From: Candidatus Kuenenia stuttgartensis | Lineage (GTDB): Bacteria > Planctomycetota > Planctomycetia > Pirellulales > UBA1268 | Direction of reading: 5' to 3' | Length of the DNA stretch: 64,000 nucleotides | NCBI GenBank assembly: GCA_945870505.1 | Contig: CAMBSN010000004.1 | Coordinates: 3,538-67,537, forward strand | Shown: positions 16,095 to 28,530 of the stretch, piece by piece | How positions within the stretch are numbered: position 1 is the stretch's first letter | How the letters are laid out: the number at the start of each line of letters is the position of its first letter | Translations under genes and position numbers: made by a program | Notes under the pieces: model-generated | The model's input: the letters and a program-made list of their open reading frames with translations, nothing else | Told to the model about the DNA's origin: nothing | Databases searched by the model: none

Positions 16095-18830
16095 ATGGAG
16101 ATTCTTTCGGTCAAGGTGCTTCGCGGTCCCAACCAATGGGCGTCGTTCCCCTGCCTGGAGGCATGGGTCGACCTCGGTCGGCTCGAGGACTTTCCGTCGA
16201 ACACGCTGCCCGGGTTCAACGATCGGATCATGTCGTGGCTGCCCACGATGATCGAGCACCGCTGCTCGATCGGTGAGCGGGGCGGCTTCTTCGAGCGACT
16301 CAGGGCAGGCACCTGGATGGGCCACGTGCTCGAGCACGTGACGCTCGAACTCCAGACGCTCGCCGGCACGCCGGTGGGCTACGGCCGGGCCCGCGAGGCC
16401 AAGACCCGCGGCGTCTACAAGGTGGTGGTCGAGTACAAGGAAGAAAAGTTCGCCCTCGAGTGCCTGTCCGCGGCCCATCGGCTCTTGATGGCCGCGATCG
16501 AGGATCAGGCCTTCGAGGTCACAACCGAAGTGAAGCGGCTGCGGCAGGTGCTTCTTGACGTGCAGCTGGGGCCGAGCACGCGGTCGATCGTGGAAGCGGC
16601 TACTGCTCGCGGCATCCCGACGCAGCGGCTCACCGAGGGCTCGCTTGTGCGGCTCGGCCACGGGTCGAAGCAGCGGCGGATCTGCGCCGCGGAGACCGAC
16701 CGGACCGGGGCCGTTGCCGAGACGATTGCGCAAGACAAGGAGCTCACTCGCACCCTCCTTGCCGAGTCGGGAATCCCAGTTCCTGAGGGACGGCCGGTGA
16801 CCAATGCCGCCGACGCTTGGGCCGTGGCCGAGGAGATCGGTGCGCCCGTCGTGATCAAGCCGCGGTATGGCAACCAAGGCCGCGGCGTCTCCGTGAACCT
16901 CGTCACCCGCGAGGAGGTCGAAAAGGCCTGGATCCTCGCCAACGAGATTGACTCGTCGGTGGTCGTGGAACGGTTCGTGACCGGCGGCGATTATCGCGTG
17001 CTCGTCGTCGGCGGCCGGATGGTGGCCGTCGCGCGGCGGCATCCGCCGATCGTGGTGGGCGACGGTGGCTCGACGGTGCGGCAACTCGTGGACCGCGTCA
17101 ACGAGGATCCGCGGCGGTGCGGTGACCACGCTACGTCACTCAGCCCGATGGTGATCGACGATGTGGCCGTGGCCGTGCTCCGCGAGCAGGGCTTCACCGA
17201 GCAGAGCGTGCCGGGATTGGCCAGGGAGGTGTTCCTGAGGCGGAACGCCAACCTCAGCACCGGCGGCTCGGCCGAGGACGTTACCGACATCGTTCACTCC
17301 GAGGTCGCGGCCCGAGCCATCGAGGCCGCCCGGATCGTGGGCCTCGACGTGGCCGGCATCGACATGGTGATGGACGATTGCACGAAGTCGCTGGAGGCAC
17401 AGCGGGGCGTAGTGATCGAGGTGAACGCGGCGCCCGGGCTGCGGATGCACCTTGAGCCGACCGTTGGCACGCCGCGGAACGTGGGCGCTGCGATCGTCGA
17501 CTCGCTGTTCGGACCTGGCGATGACGGTCGAATTCCGACCGCTTCGGTCACCGGCACCAACGGCAAGACGACGGTGGTGAGGCTCATCTCCCACCTGGCC
17601 GCCACCGGCGGGGCCACCGTGGGCACGACCTGCACGGAGGGGGTGTGGGTTGGCGGCCGGCAGATCGACGCCGGTGACTGCAGCGGCCCGAAGAGCGCCC
17701 GCCGTGTGCTCGCCAACCCGGCGGTGACCACGGCCGTCTTCGAGGCGGCCCGTGGCGGTATTCTCCGCGAGGGCTGCGGCTTCGATAGCTGCGACGTCGC
17801 GGTGGTGACCAACATCGCCTCGGGCGACCACCTCGGCCTCGCCGAGATCGACACACCCGAACAGATCGCCTGGGTGAAGGGAGCGATCGTGGCCGCGGTT
17901 CGTCCGAGCGGCGCAGCCGTGCTCAATGCGGCCGATCCACTCGTCGTCGCCATGAAGAAGTGGTGCAAGGGCCAGGTGGTCTACTTCGACGCCAACGCCG
18001 CCAACCCCGTGATTGTCGAGCACCTCGCCAAGGGCGGCCTCGCGGCGACGGTTCGCGACGGCTGGATCGTGCTCTGCGACGGGCCCCGTGAGACGAGGCT
18101 CGCGCACCTCGACCGCGTGCCGCTGGTGCATCGCGGTCTGGTCGACTTTCAGGTGGAGAACGTGCTGGCCAGCGCTGCAGCGGCCTGGCGGCTGGGCGTG
18201 CCGCTGGAACTCGTGCGGCTGGGCCTCGAGAGTTTCTCGAGCGGATCGAGCGGTTCTCCTGGCAGGTTTAATCTCCTCGACCTCAACGGCGCCTCGATCG
18301 TGGTCGACTACGGCCACAATGTGCCGTCACTCGAACGGATCTGCGGAGCGGTCACGAAGTTTCCGCACCCGCGACGGACGGCCGTCTACTCGGCGGCCGG
18401 CGATCGGCGAGACGACGACCTGATTGCCCAGGGGCGATTGCTGGCCGCCACGTTTGACCGCGTGGTGATCTACGAAGATGCCTACATTCGCGGTCGGCAG
18501 CCGGGCGAGATCACAAAACTGATCACCCAGGGCATTCGCGAGGGGATGCACGGCGACAAGCCCGTGCGGATTGACGTGGGCGGCGACTGGGCGACCAGTG
18601 CGGCGCTCGTGCTTGACGCGGTGGGCAAGGGCGACCTCGTGCTGCTCCAGCCCGACACCATCGAGCAGGCGATGCCGTGGCTGGCGGAGCGGTACGGTAA
18701 CCGGCTCAAAGAGGCAGTGCTCGACGAGATCGCCGGCACCGCACCGCCCGCTGCCGATGCCGCCCCGGTCGTTGCGAAGGCCAACGAGGCGATGCCGGCC
18801 GCGTCGCTGCCAGCCAACCGGCCTACTTGA
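16095..18830 (+). CDS. cphA: Cyanophycin synthetase
   Basis: 911 aa. The N-terminus MEILSVKVLRGPNQWA...MIEHRCS.GERGGFFERL...GHVLEHVTLELQ is typical of CphA. An ATP-grasp segment (VVIKPRYGNQGRGVS) and a Mur-ligase-like segment (VTGTNGKTT) follow. Confidence 0.92.
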   Translation: MEILSVKVLRGPNQWASFPCLEAWVDLGRLEDFPSNTLPGFNDRIMSWLPTMIEHRCSIGERGGFFERLRAGTWMGHVLEHVTLELQTLAGTPVGYGRAREAKTRGVYKVVVEYKEEKFALECLSAAHRLLMAAIEDQAFEVTTEVKRLRQVLLDVQLGPSTRSIVEAATARGIPTQRLTEGSLVRLGHGSKQRRICAAETDRTGAVAETIAQDKELTRTLLAESGIPVPEGRPVTNAADAWAVAEEIGAPVVIKPRYGNQGRGVSVNLVTREEVEKAWILANEIDSSVVVERFVTGGDYRVLVVGGRMVAVARRHPPIVVGDGGSTVRQLVDRVNEDPRRCGDHATSLSPMVIDDVAVAVLREQGFTEQSVPGLAREVFLRRNANLSTGGSAEDVTDIVHSEVAARAIEAARIVGLDVAGIDMVMDDCTKSLEAQRGVVIEVNAAPGLRMHLEPTVGTPRNVGAAIVDSLFGPGDDGRIPTASVTGTNGKTTVVRLISHLAATGGATVGTTCTEGVWVGGRQIDAGDCSGPKSARRVLANPAVTTAVFEAARGGILREGCGFDSCDVAVVTNIASGDHLGLAEIDTPEQIAWVKGAIVAAVRPSGAAVLNAADPLVVAMKKWCKGQVVYFDANAANPVIVEHLAKGGLAATVRDGWIVLCDGPRETRLAHLDRVPLVHRGLVDFQVENVLASAAAAWRLGVPLELVRLGLESFSSGSSGSPGRFNLLDLNGASIVVDYGHNVPSLERICGAVTKFPHPRRTAVYSAAGDRRDDDLIAQGRLLAATFDRVVIYEDAYIRGRQPGEITKLITQGIREGMHGDKPVRIDVGGDWATSAALVLDAVGKGDLVLLQPDTIEQAMPWLAERYGNRLKEAVLDEIAGTAPPAADAAPVVAKANEAMPAASLPANRPT

Positions 18831-19890
18831 GCCCGGCGCGGCGATCGAGGGCACCTTTCACGCCGAGTTGCTCGGGGTGGCGGGCGATCTTGTCGGTAAA
18901 CACCCGGACGTCGTCCACGATCGGGCGAAGTTCCTTTGTGAGCCGATTGACGTTGGAGGCGGCCTGGGCGAGGTCGTTATAGACCTGCGGGTCGCGCACG
19001 AGCTTGCCGAGCGTGCCCTGCGATTCGTTGAGCGCCTTGGTGAACATCGCCGCCTGCTGGAGCGTCTCGTCGAGCCGGCCGATCGTCACGTTGATCTGTG
19101 CCACCATCCCTTCGCCCCGCTCGCCGAGTGGTTTCGTGAGCCCCTCGAGGTTACGGAGGTTGCGGTCGGCCGTGTCGACAGTCTCACCGATCCCCTGCAC
19201 GGTGGTCCGCAGGTCGGCGATCACGTCGGGGAGCGAGTTGAGCGTCTGCTTGAGATTCGCCCGGGCCTGCGGGTCGCCCATCACGTCATTGATGTTGGCC
19301 ATCGCCGCATTGAACGCGTCGAGGGCCGCGTCAGTCTTCTGCACCATCGTTGAGAACTTGTGGTCTTCGCCGAGCAGCATCCGGTCGAGGTTGTCGGAGA
19401 GCTTCTTGACCGACTCGCTCGCCTCCGCGAGCGACTGCATGGCCCCACCGAGCTTCGGTTCGAGCGTGGCGAACACCTCGAAGGGGTCGCGGGAGACGGC
19501 GCCCGCGAGCACCTCATCCTTGCCCACCCGTTGCCGCGGCGGTTTGATCGTGCCGGGGACGAGCTGAATCTCGGCGTCGCCGAGGAGCGTAGTGGAGATT
19601 CGGGGCTGCTCATCCTTGTAAATCGGCACGTAGGAGTCGACGCTGGCCACGACGCTCACACCCCCCTTCTCGTCGAGTTCGACGCTGGTCACGCGGCCGA
19701 CGAGGATACCGTTCTTGCGGACCGGAGTGCCGTCGGCCACGCCCCGGGCGTCGGAGAAGCTCATCTTCAAGGGATACGTCGCCTGCACCAGCGACGGCAG
19801 GTCGCCGAAGAGCACAATCAGGATGCCGGTGATGATGGCCGTCGCGAGAACCACCACGCCCACCCGGAACTGCATCACGCGGTCGTTCAT
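18823..19890 (-). CDS. MlaD/MCE family protein (lipid transport substrate-binding component)
   Basis: 355 aa. It has an N-terminal TM helix and an MCE domain (FRVGVVVLATAIITG..., GVADGTPVRKNGILVGRVTSVELD) followed by a long helical C-terminus. It is the last gene of the mlaE-mlaF-mlaD order. Confidence 0.8.
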   Translation of the reverse strand: MNDRVMQFRVGVVVLATAIITGILIVLFGDLPSLVQATYPLKMSFSDARGVADGTPVRKNGILVGRVTSVELDEKGGVSVVASVDSYVPIYKDEQPRISTTLLGDAEIQLVPGTIKPPRQRVGKDEVLAGAVSRDPFEVFATLEPKLGGAMQSLAEASESVKKLSDNLDRMLLGEDHKFSTMVQKTDAALDAFNAAMANINDVMGDPQARANLKQTLNSLPDVIADLRTTVQGIGETVDTADRNLRNLEGLTKPLGERGEGMVAQINVTIGRLDETLQQAAMFTKALNESQGTLGKLVRDPQVYNDLAQAASNVNRLTKELRPIVDDVRVFTDKIARHPEQLGVKGALDRRAGLK

Positions 19891-20786
19891 GCGTCGTCCT
19901 CCGCCTCGTCGCCTCGGTCGGCCGCGGCCTCATCGGCCGCCTCACGGGCCTGCTCTTCGCGGAGCTCCATCAGGCGGCCACCGGCGCGGCCCTCGACGAA
20001 CTGCCGGATTCGCGGGTCGTGGGAGCGGTCGAGGTCGTCCACAGTGCCGTCGAATACGATCTGCGGCTCGCCCGGCTTCAGCCGAAAGAGCGGGTAGAGC
20101 ATGATCACCCGATCGGCTACCTTGCGGGCGGTGTTCATGTCGTGCGTGACGACCACGCTGGTCACGTTGGGTCGTCGTCGGACCTTGAGAATCAGTTCGT
20201 TGATCACGTCGGTCATGATCGGGTCGAGTCCGGTGGTCGGCTCGTCGTAGAGCACGAGGTGCGGATCGAGGGCAAGCGCCCGGGCCAGGCCAGCCCGTTT
20301 CCGCATGCCGCCGGAGAGCTCGACGGGCTTCTTGCGAAGCACGGTGCGGGGCAGGCCCACCTCATCGACGAGCGACTCCACGATCCCGCGGATCTCCGCC
20401 TCGGGCAGCCGGGTGTGCTCGCGGAGCGGGAAAGCGATGTTGTCGAGGATCGACATGCTGTCGAATAGGGCGGCGCCCTGGAAGACGAATCCGTAGCGGG
20501 TGCGAAGATGGGCCAGCGCGCGGTCGTTCAGGGTAGCGAGCGACTTTGCCTCGAAGAGCACGTCGCCGGCGCTGGGTCGGATCAGGCCGATCATCGACTT
20601 CAGCAGCACCGTCTTGCCGCAGCCGCTCTCGCCGAGCACCACGAGAGTCTGTCCGGCATCGAGGTCGATCGAGATGTCGCGGAGCACCTCCTGGCTGCCA
20701 AATCGCACGCAGAGACCCTCGACCCGCAGGAGCGGTCCAGCGGATTCCTCGCGGCGGCGGGGTGGGGCGGGGGCGACGGCCGGCAT
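19887..20786 (-). CDS. ABC transporter ATP-binding protein, MlaF-like
   Basis: 299 aa. Walker A is GESGCGKTV, the signature is LSGGMRKRAGLARA, and Walker B is LVLYDEPTTGLDP. It overlaps the mlaD-like start by 4 nt. The tail is acidic. Confidence 0.85.
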   Translation of the reverse strand: MPAVAPAPPRRREESAGPLLRVEGLCVRFGSQEVLRDISIDLDAGQTLVVLGESGCGKTVLLKSMIGLIRPSAGDVLFEAKSLATLNDRALAHLRTRYGFVFQGAALFDSMSILDNIAFPLREHTRLPEAEIRGIVESLVDEVGLPRTVLRKKPVELSGGMRKRAGLARALALDPHLVLYDEPTTGLDPIMTDVINELILKVRRRPNVTSVVVTHDMNTARKVADRVIMLYPLFRLKPGEPQIVFDGTVDDLDRSHDPRIRQFVEGRAGGRLMELREEQAREAADEAAADRGDEAEDDA

Positions 20787-20790
20787 GGTG

Positions 20791-21663
20791 TCAGAGCAGC
20801 CTGCGGGGGCCTTCCGGACGGAAGAAGTCGTGGACGTTGTTGAGCCAGATTCCCAGGAATAGATCGAGGATCAGGATCAGGACGAACGAGTGGACGAAGG
20901 CGTTGGTTGCGGCGCGGCCTACCCCCTCGGCGCCCGGCTGGCAGTGAAAACCGTGGTGGCAGCTGACCAGCGCGATGGCCGCGCCGAAGAAAAGGCTCTT
21001 GAAGATGCCGAGCAGGAAGTCGAAGGCGTCGACATATTCCCGAGAGTTGGCCCAGTAGTGGTGGTAGTCGATGCCGAGGAGCACGTGGGAGTAGAAGTAG
21101 CCTCCCAGCACGCCCATGAAGTCGGCCATCACAGTGAGCGACGGGATCAGCACGAGGCAGCCGAGGAACCGGGGCACTACGAGGTAGTAGAGGGGGTTGG
21201 CTCCCATGCTCTCCAGGGCGTCGATCTGCTCGGTGACCCGCATGGTGCCGAGTTCGGCGGCCATGGCGCTGCCCACGCGGCCGGCGAGCATCGTGGCTGC
21301 GAGCACGGGGCCGAGTTCGCGGACGAGCGAGAGGTTGATCACGGAACCGAGCCGCGTCTCCAGGCCGATGGCCTTGAACTGCGCGTAGCTCTGCACGGCG
21401 AGCACCATGCCGATGAACAGGCCCGTGAGCGCCACCACCGGCAGCGACATCACGCCGATCCGGTAGAAGTTGGGGATCAGCACATCCCGTCGCTGCCGCC
21501 GCGAAACGAGCCAGCGCAGCGTCTGGAAGGCGAAGACGGTCACATCGCCGACACCGGCGACCCAGTTCATGGCGAATGCACCGAGGTTTGCCACCTGGTT
21601 GGCGAGCCAGCCGGTCACGCCGGCGGTTGGCTGCGTCGTTGTGGTGGCAGGTGCTGTGGCCAT
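20791..21663 (-). CDS. ABC transporter permease, MlaE-like
   Basis: 290 aa counted from the ATG at 21663. Family blocks are present: [41 protein letters not shown]. The upstream 178 codons of the ORF (to 22197) are Arg/Gly-rich and overlap the divergent HPF gene, so I trimmed them. Confidence 0.85.
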   Translation of the reverse strand: MATAPATTTTQPTAGVTGWLANQVANLGAFAMNWVAGVGDVTVFAFQTLRWLVSRRQRRDVLIPNFYRIGVMSLPVVALTGLFIGMVLAVQSYAQFKAIGLETRLGSVINLSLVRELGPVLAATMLAGRVGSAMAAELGTMRVTEQIDALESMGANPLYYLVVPRFLGCLVLIPSLTVMADFMGVLGGYFYSHVLLGIDYHHYWANSREYVDAFDFLLGIFKSLFFGAAIALVSCHHGFHCQPGAEGVGRAATNAFVHSFVLILILDLFLGIWLNNVHDFFRPEGPRRLL

Positions 21664-21954
21664 GGTCGGTCCGGACGGCGGGCGCGTGATAAACCCTGCG
21701 GGTTGTATCGACCGTGCGGCCTGGCGGCATGAGCACCACTGCCGCTGGGACGGCAATCGTGAGAACCTAGGCAGCCCAGGATAGCCAGTCGATACGGCCA
21801 GCGAGCCCATCCGACAAACTCGCCCGGTGGTTCCGCAGACTGTCTGCTGCCGCAGAAGTGGGTGTTTTTCGGTATCGGACGATCCTCCGTGCCCATTGCG
21901 GCGGCCGTCTCTACCCTCCTTCGTGCGCTCGAGCCCAACGGAGGTATCCCGGCC

Positions 21955-22353
21955 ATGCAGACCCAGCCCCAGGTGTCGTTCGACGATCTTCCGGTCGACG
22001 AGGTGGTCCGCGACGCGGCCCTCGGCCATATCGCCCAGCTCGAGCGCGTGTTCGGTCGCATCACCGGCTGCCACGTCGTGATCGCGCAGCCCCATCGGCA
22101 TCATCGCGAGGGGCGGCCCTACTCCGTTCGCATCGATCTCGTGGTGCCCGGTGGCGAGCTCGTCGTTAATCGCGACCATCACTGCGACGACGCGCACGAA
22201 GATGTCTTCGTCGCAATGCGAGACTCATTTCTCGCCACCCGCCGCCGCCTCGAGGACCACGTCCGCCGCCTGCAGGGTGAAGGGAAGCGACACGTAGCCA
22301 CGGCCCGGCGCACGCCATACGAAGCCATCGATGAATCACCGCACCTTCACTGA
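21955..22353 (+). CDS. HPF/RaiA family ribosome-associated (hibernation) protein, short form
   Basis: 132 aa from the ATG at 21955, with GGAGG 9 nt upstream. The pattern is [47 protein letters not shown]. Confidence 0.65.
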   Translation: MQTQPQVSFDDLPVDEVVRDAALGHIAQLERVFGRITGCHVVIAQPHRHHREGRPYSVRIDLVVPGGELVVNRDHHCDDAHEDVFVAMRDSFLATRRRLEDHVRRLQGEGKRHVATARRTPYEAIDESPHLH

Positions 22354-23008
22354 CCGTGAGGAAGCCGGCTGGATCCTCGTGGAGAGACTCCGCGGCCAGC
22401 GCGTTCACGATCCCATCGTGCTCGCGATTCCCCGCGGCGGCGTCGAGACCGGCGCAGCGATTGCCCGCGGCTTGGGCTGCGAACTCGACGTGGTGCTCGC
22501 GCGAAAGCTCCGGGCTCCGCATCAGCCCGAGCTCGCACTCGGGGCCGTCTCCGAAGACGGCGACATCTACCTGAATGACTTTGCAACCGCGCTGACGGAC
22601 TCGGGCTCTGCCTTCATCGAGGCCGAGCGGCAGCGACAGCTGGCCGAGATCGCCCGCCGCCGCGCAATGTTTCGCGCAGTCCGTCCACAGGCCGACGTGA
22701 AGGAACGCACCGTCATCCTCACCGATGACGGCATCGCGACCGGAGCCACCATGATCGCCGCGATCCACACGGTGCGGGCGGCGGGAGCGAAGGAGATCAT
22801 CGTGGCCGTGCCCGTGGGTGTCACGGCTCGGATCGACGCGATCAGGCCGCTCTGCGACCGCGTCATCTGCCTCCAGGAACCGGAAGACTTCTGGGCGATC
22901 GGTCAGTTCTACCGCAGCTTCGAGCAGGTTGAGGATGAGCGGGTCGTGGAACTCCTCCGTGACTACGGCCTGCCGCAGGCGAAGCGGGAAGCCGCTGCCG
23001 CGATCTGA
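22331..23008 (+). CDS. Phosphoribosyltransferase family protein
   Basis: 225 aa. It contains [28 protein letters not shown] and the PRPP-binding motif VILTDDGIATGATM. It overlaps the HPF stop by 23 nt. Confidence 0.8.
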   Translation: MNHRTFTDREEAGWILVERLRGQRVHDPIVLAIPRGGVETGAAIARGLGCELDVVLARKLRAPHQPELALGAVSEDGDIYLNDFATALTDSGSAFIEAERQRQLAEIARRRAMFRAVRPQADVKERTVILTDDGIATGATMIAAIHTVRAAGAKEIIVAVPVGVTARIDAIRPLCDRVICLQEPEDFWAIGQFYRSFEQVEDERVVELLRDYGLPQAKREAAAAI

Positions 23009-23065
23009 AAAGACACACCATCAGTTCTGGTAGCTCACGAACATTTCTGTTGCGAGGATCACGCC

Positions 23066-24247
23066 ATGCTTGTGACCACACCCGGAACTCTGGTCTCGGC
23101 CCCATCGGTGCAACCATGTGGGCTGGCCCGCGAGGCCTCCCCGGTGCGGGTGGGCTTGATTGGCTGCGGTGCCTTTTCGCGGTTTTCGATGCACCACTAT
23201 CGCACCCTGCCCGGGGTATCGATCGACATGGTGGCGGACATTCAACCCGACGCCGCCCATCGCGCGGCGGCCGAACTCGGCGCGAAGGATGTGGCCTCTG
23301 AAACGATTCTTGCCTGCCCGGACATCGATCTCGTCTACATTGCCACGCCCCCAGCATTGCATTTCCAACAAGCCCGCTCGGCGATCCTCGCCGGTAAGCA
23401 CGTGCTCGTTGAAAAACCGCTGGCCACGACCGTGGCCGATGCGGAGGAGCTTCGTGCCCTCGCCACGGCGCGGAGGCGAATCTGCGTCGCAAACCTCATC
23501 GAGCGATACAACCCGCTGGCGGGAGCGACCAAGCAGATCATTGATTCGAAACTACTCGGCGAGCTGATCCATGGATTGTTCATCAACGAAGCGGCTGACG
23601 AGGGGCTGGGACGTAGCCATTGGTTCTGGGACAGAAAGACGAGTGGCGGAATCTTCGTCGAACACGGCGTCCATTTCTTTGACCTCGTGGCCTCATGGCT
23701 TGGGCCGGGACGCGTGCTTTCGGCTTCGCGGGGCCTGCGGCCGGGGTGTGATCCGCCCGTCGAGGAGCAGGTGATGTGCACCTGCCGGTACAATGGGGTG
23801 CTGTTTCACTTCGAGCACGGTTTCCACCAGCCGTCGCGGATGGATCGGCAGGAAATGCGGCTGGTGTTCGAGCGCGGGGAGTTGCAGCTCTTCGACTGGG
23901 TGCCCACTCATGGGGTCGTGCGCGGGCTGGTCGACGATGCCGGCCAGACCATGCTCATGCAGATGCTGCCGCAAGCCAATGCATACCCGCTCGAGTGGTA
24001 TGAGGGAACTCAGCAGAGACTCCTCGGCAGGTTCAAGCCGTTCGAGGCTTCAGCCTATGTAGAAATTACGTTTACGACCGGTCTCGACAAGCTGGGCATC
24101 TACGGCAAAGTCGTCGGCGATCTGGCTGCCGACCAGATTGCGTGGATTCGCGAGTCGACGCACGTGCGCCGGCTCACCGAAGCCGACAGCGTCGCCTCCG
24201 TCATGATGGCCTGCGCCGCTGACGAGATGGCACTTGCCGGGCCATGA
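23066..24247 (+). CDS. Gfo/Idh/MocA family oxidoreductase
   Basis: 393 aa. Rossmann start VRVGLIGCGAFSRF, then DLVYIATPPALHFQQARSAILAGKHVLVEKP. The true start may lie a few codons downstream of 23066. Confidence 0.8.
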   Translation: MLVTTPGTLVSAPSVQPCGLAREASPVRVGLIGCGAFSRFSMHHYRTLPGVSIDMVADIQPDAAHRAAAELGAKDVASETILACPDIDLVYIATPPALHFQQARSAILAGKHVLVEKPLATTVADAEELRALATARRRICVANLIERYNPLAGATKQIIDSKLLGELIHGLFINEAADEGLGRSHWFWDRKTSGGIFVEHGVHFFDLVASWLGPGRVLSASRGLRPGCDPPVEEQVMCTCRYNGVLFHFEHGFHQPSRMDRQEMRLVFERGELQLFDWVPTHGVVRGLVDDAGQTMLMQMLPQANAYPLEWYEGTQQRLLGRFKPFEASAYVEITFTTGLDKLGIYGKVVGDLAADQIAWIRESTHVRRLTEADSVASVMMACAADEMALAGP

Positions 24248-24344
24248 TGGAGTGCCAGGCGTATGCTGCCGCCTAGGGCGTCGACGCCCACTTCATTCAC
24301 TTTCTGGAGGCGGCACCTGGCCAAGGGGCCGGCCGGCTGAGTCG

Positions 24345-24827
24345 CTATGGCTGCAGGTATGCCAGCGTGTCGGTGTGGTGGCCGATCACCTTCCACTGAC
24401 CGTTCTCTTTGCGGAACGTGGTCGTCGCTCGGATGGAGACAGGCTGGACCTGGCCGTCGATGATGTTCTCGCCCTTCTCGTAGTACACCGCCACGCCCAG
24501 CTGTGGGCTGGCCGTCACGTGCACGTCAACCGCATCGACCTTGCCCCCAAGTTTTTTGGCGGCCTGCTTGTCCCAGTGGGGCTCGACCTGCGACCAGCCA
24601 ACCTGCTTCGTGCCCGTCGGGCCCATGTAGGTCACGTCATCGGCGTGCGACCAGCTGGCCTTCATGGGGGCGGCATCGCCGGTGAACAGTCTGTTGAGGG
24701 CTCCGTGGAACGTGGCCACCGCCGCCTTGACCGCCTGCGTGTCGTCGTCGGCTGCGCGAGCCGGAGTCGCCACGATGAGGGCCATTCCCGTCACGACCAA
24801 GAGGCTCAGAGTGATGCGAGGGCGCAC
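24345..24827 (-). CDS. Secreted NTF2-like (SnoaL/DUF4440-type) protein
   Basis: 160 aa from the GTG at 24827, with GGGAGA upstream. Signal peptide VRPRITLSLLVVTGMALIVATPARA, then AVKAAVATFHGALNRLFTGDAAPM...WKVIGHH. The longer ORF (to 25139) runs through a repeat element. Confidence 0.65.
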   Translation of the reverse strand: MRPRITLSLLVVTGMALIVATPARAADDDTQAVKAAVATFHGALNRLFTGDAAPMKASWSHADDVTYMGPTGTKQVGWSQVEPHWDKQAAKKLGGKVDAVDVHVTASPQLGVAVYYEKGENIIDGQVQPVSIRATTTFRKENGQWKVIGHHTDTLAYLQP

Positions 24828-24927
24828 GGCGTTTTCTCCCGGGGGATGGGCAGCAGGACTTCGGCCCGCCCTCTCGAGGACGAACTGTGGGGGGCAGCCT
24901 ACCAGCCCAATGAGAACCCTGAACACA

Positions 24928-25030
24928 CACAGGTTGACAACCTGTGCTACGAGAGGCCGCGAGGGGCTGCCCGAGCCCGGGAGCTGGGCTCGGCGGCAAG
25001 CGCAGCCGGATCCGCCGCCGAGAGTTCGAC
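24928..25030. repeat. Inverted, truncated copy of the hairpin + long-element module
   Basis: cacaggtt-gac-aacctgtgctac (24928-24950) is followed by gcgaggggctgcccgagcccgggagc. That sequence is the reverse complement of the right end of the elements at 8020-8050 and 12110-12140. The inner part resembles the 11974-12131 copy. Confidence 0.65.
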
Positions 25031-25787
25031 GAGCAGGTCGGCCAGGGCCGTTGTGATCGCTACAAAATACTCCCGTCCTTTGGCCGCCGTCGCCGCGGCG
25101 GGATTGCCGCTGCCGGTGTCGGGGTGCACCCGGGACCACGGGCGTGGCGTCCAGGCGCCGGGCTGCTTGAGCGCGGGAATGCCCCAGGGTCGCGCTGCGC
25201 CGGGGCCCGCCTGCGGGAGGACGACGAGATCGGGGCAGAGGTGGAGCAGGAGCGACGTCTCAAGGTCTCCCGCATGATCCCCTGGGTCGGCAAAGATACG
25301 GGCGAGCACATCGGGCCGCAGCCGCCAGAAATCGATGACGGCGATGAAGATGCCCGTGTCGAGTCTCACATCCCGGGCCAAGGGCTTGAAGTCGTTGCCG
25401 CCATGGGCGTTGACGATCACGAGCCGTTCGATGCCCTGCCGCATGAGGCTCGAGGCGATGTCGCGGAGCAGGGCGAGAGCCGTGGCCGTCGAGAGGTGGA
25501 TCGTGGCGACCTGGTCCTGCTGCTGGGCGTTGTTGCCGAAGGGCACCGCAGGCAGCACCACGGGTTTTGCGCCACGGTCAGCCGCCCGGCCAGCCGACGC
25601 CTCGGCCACTTCCCGGGCCTCGATCACATCGGTGCCATGTGGGAGGTGGAGGTTGTGCGCCTCGGTCGCCCCCCATGGCAACACCGCGACGTTCGGCAGA
25701 CGGTCGAGCAACTGCCGGTAGTTGGCCTCCAGCAGCACATGGGCCCGCGGGCCGGGCAAGGTATCGTGCGGAGTCGATGCCATCGCC

Positions 25788-25801
<14 letters not shown>
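24947..25801 (-). CDS. Creatininase (creatinine amidohydrolase) family protein
   Basis: 284 aa. Family blocks are present: VAVLPWGATEAHNLHLPHGTD, PFGNN, LVIVNAHGGN, DHAGDLETS. The start may be the second ATG at 25780. The last ~24 codons are encoded by the repeat element. Confidence 0.8.
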
Positions 25802-28331
<2,530 letters not shown>

Positions 28332-28530
28332 GGGCAGATCCTGTGGTGCTTTCGGCCCCTGGAGGGGACGGGAGGGGGCATGCGGGATGGCGTGCCATTC
28401 CGGCAGCCACCACCCCGAAATTATTGAAGGAGCAAACCTTACGCCAAACCCGTCAGAGGATTCTAGGACTGACGGACGGGAAAGTCTGGCCGGTGGTGCC
28501 GCACCCGGGAAAATCCGGGCTTTTGCCGGC

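Noticed and set aside
28440-28500. RNase P RNA-like motif gggaaagtctggccgg upstream of clpC.
   Set aside because: It only loosely resembles the GGAAAGUCCGG P4 segment. The whole intergenic region is about 200 nt, far too short for RNase P RNA, and no other conserved helices were seen.
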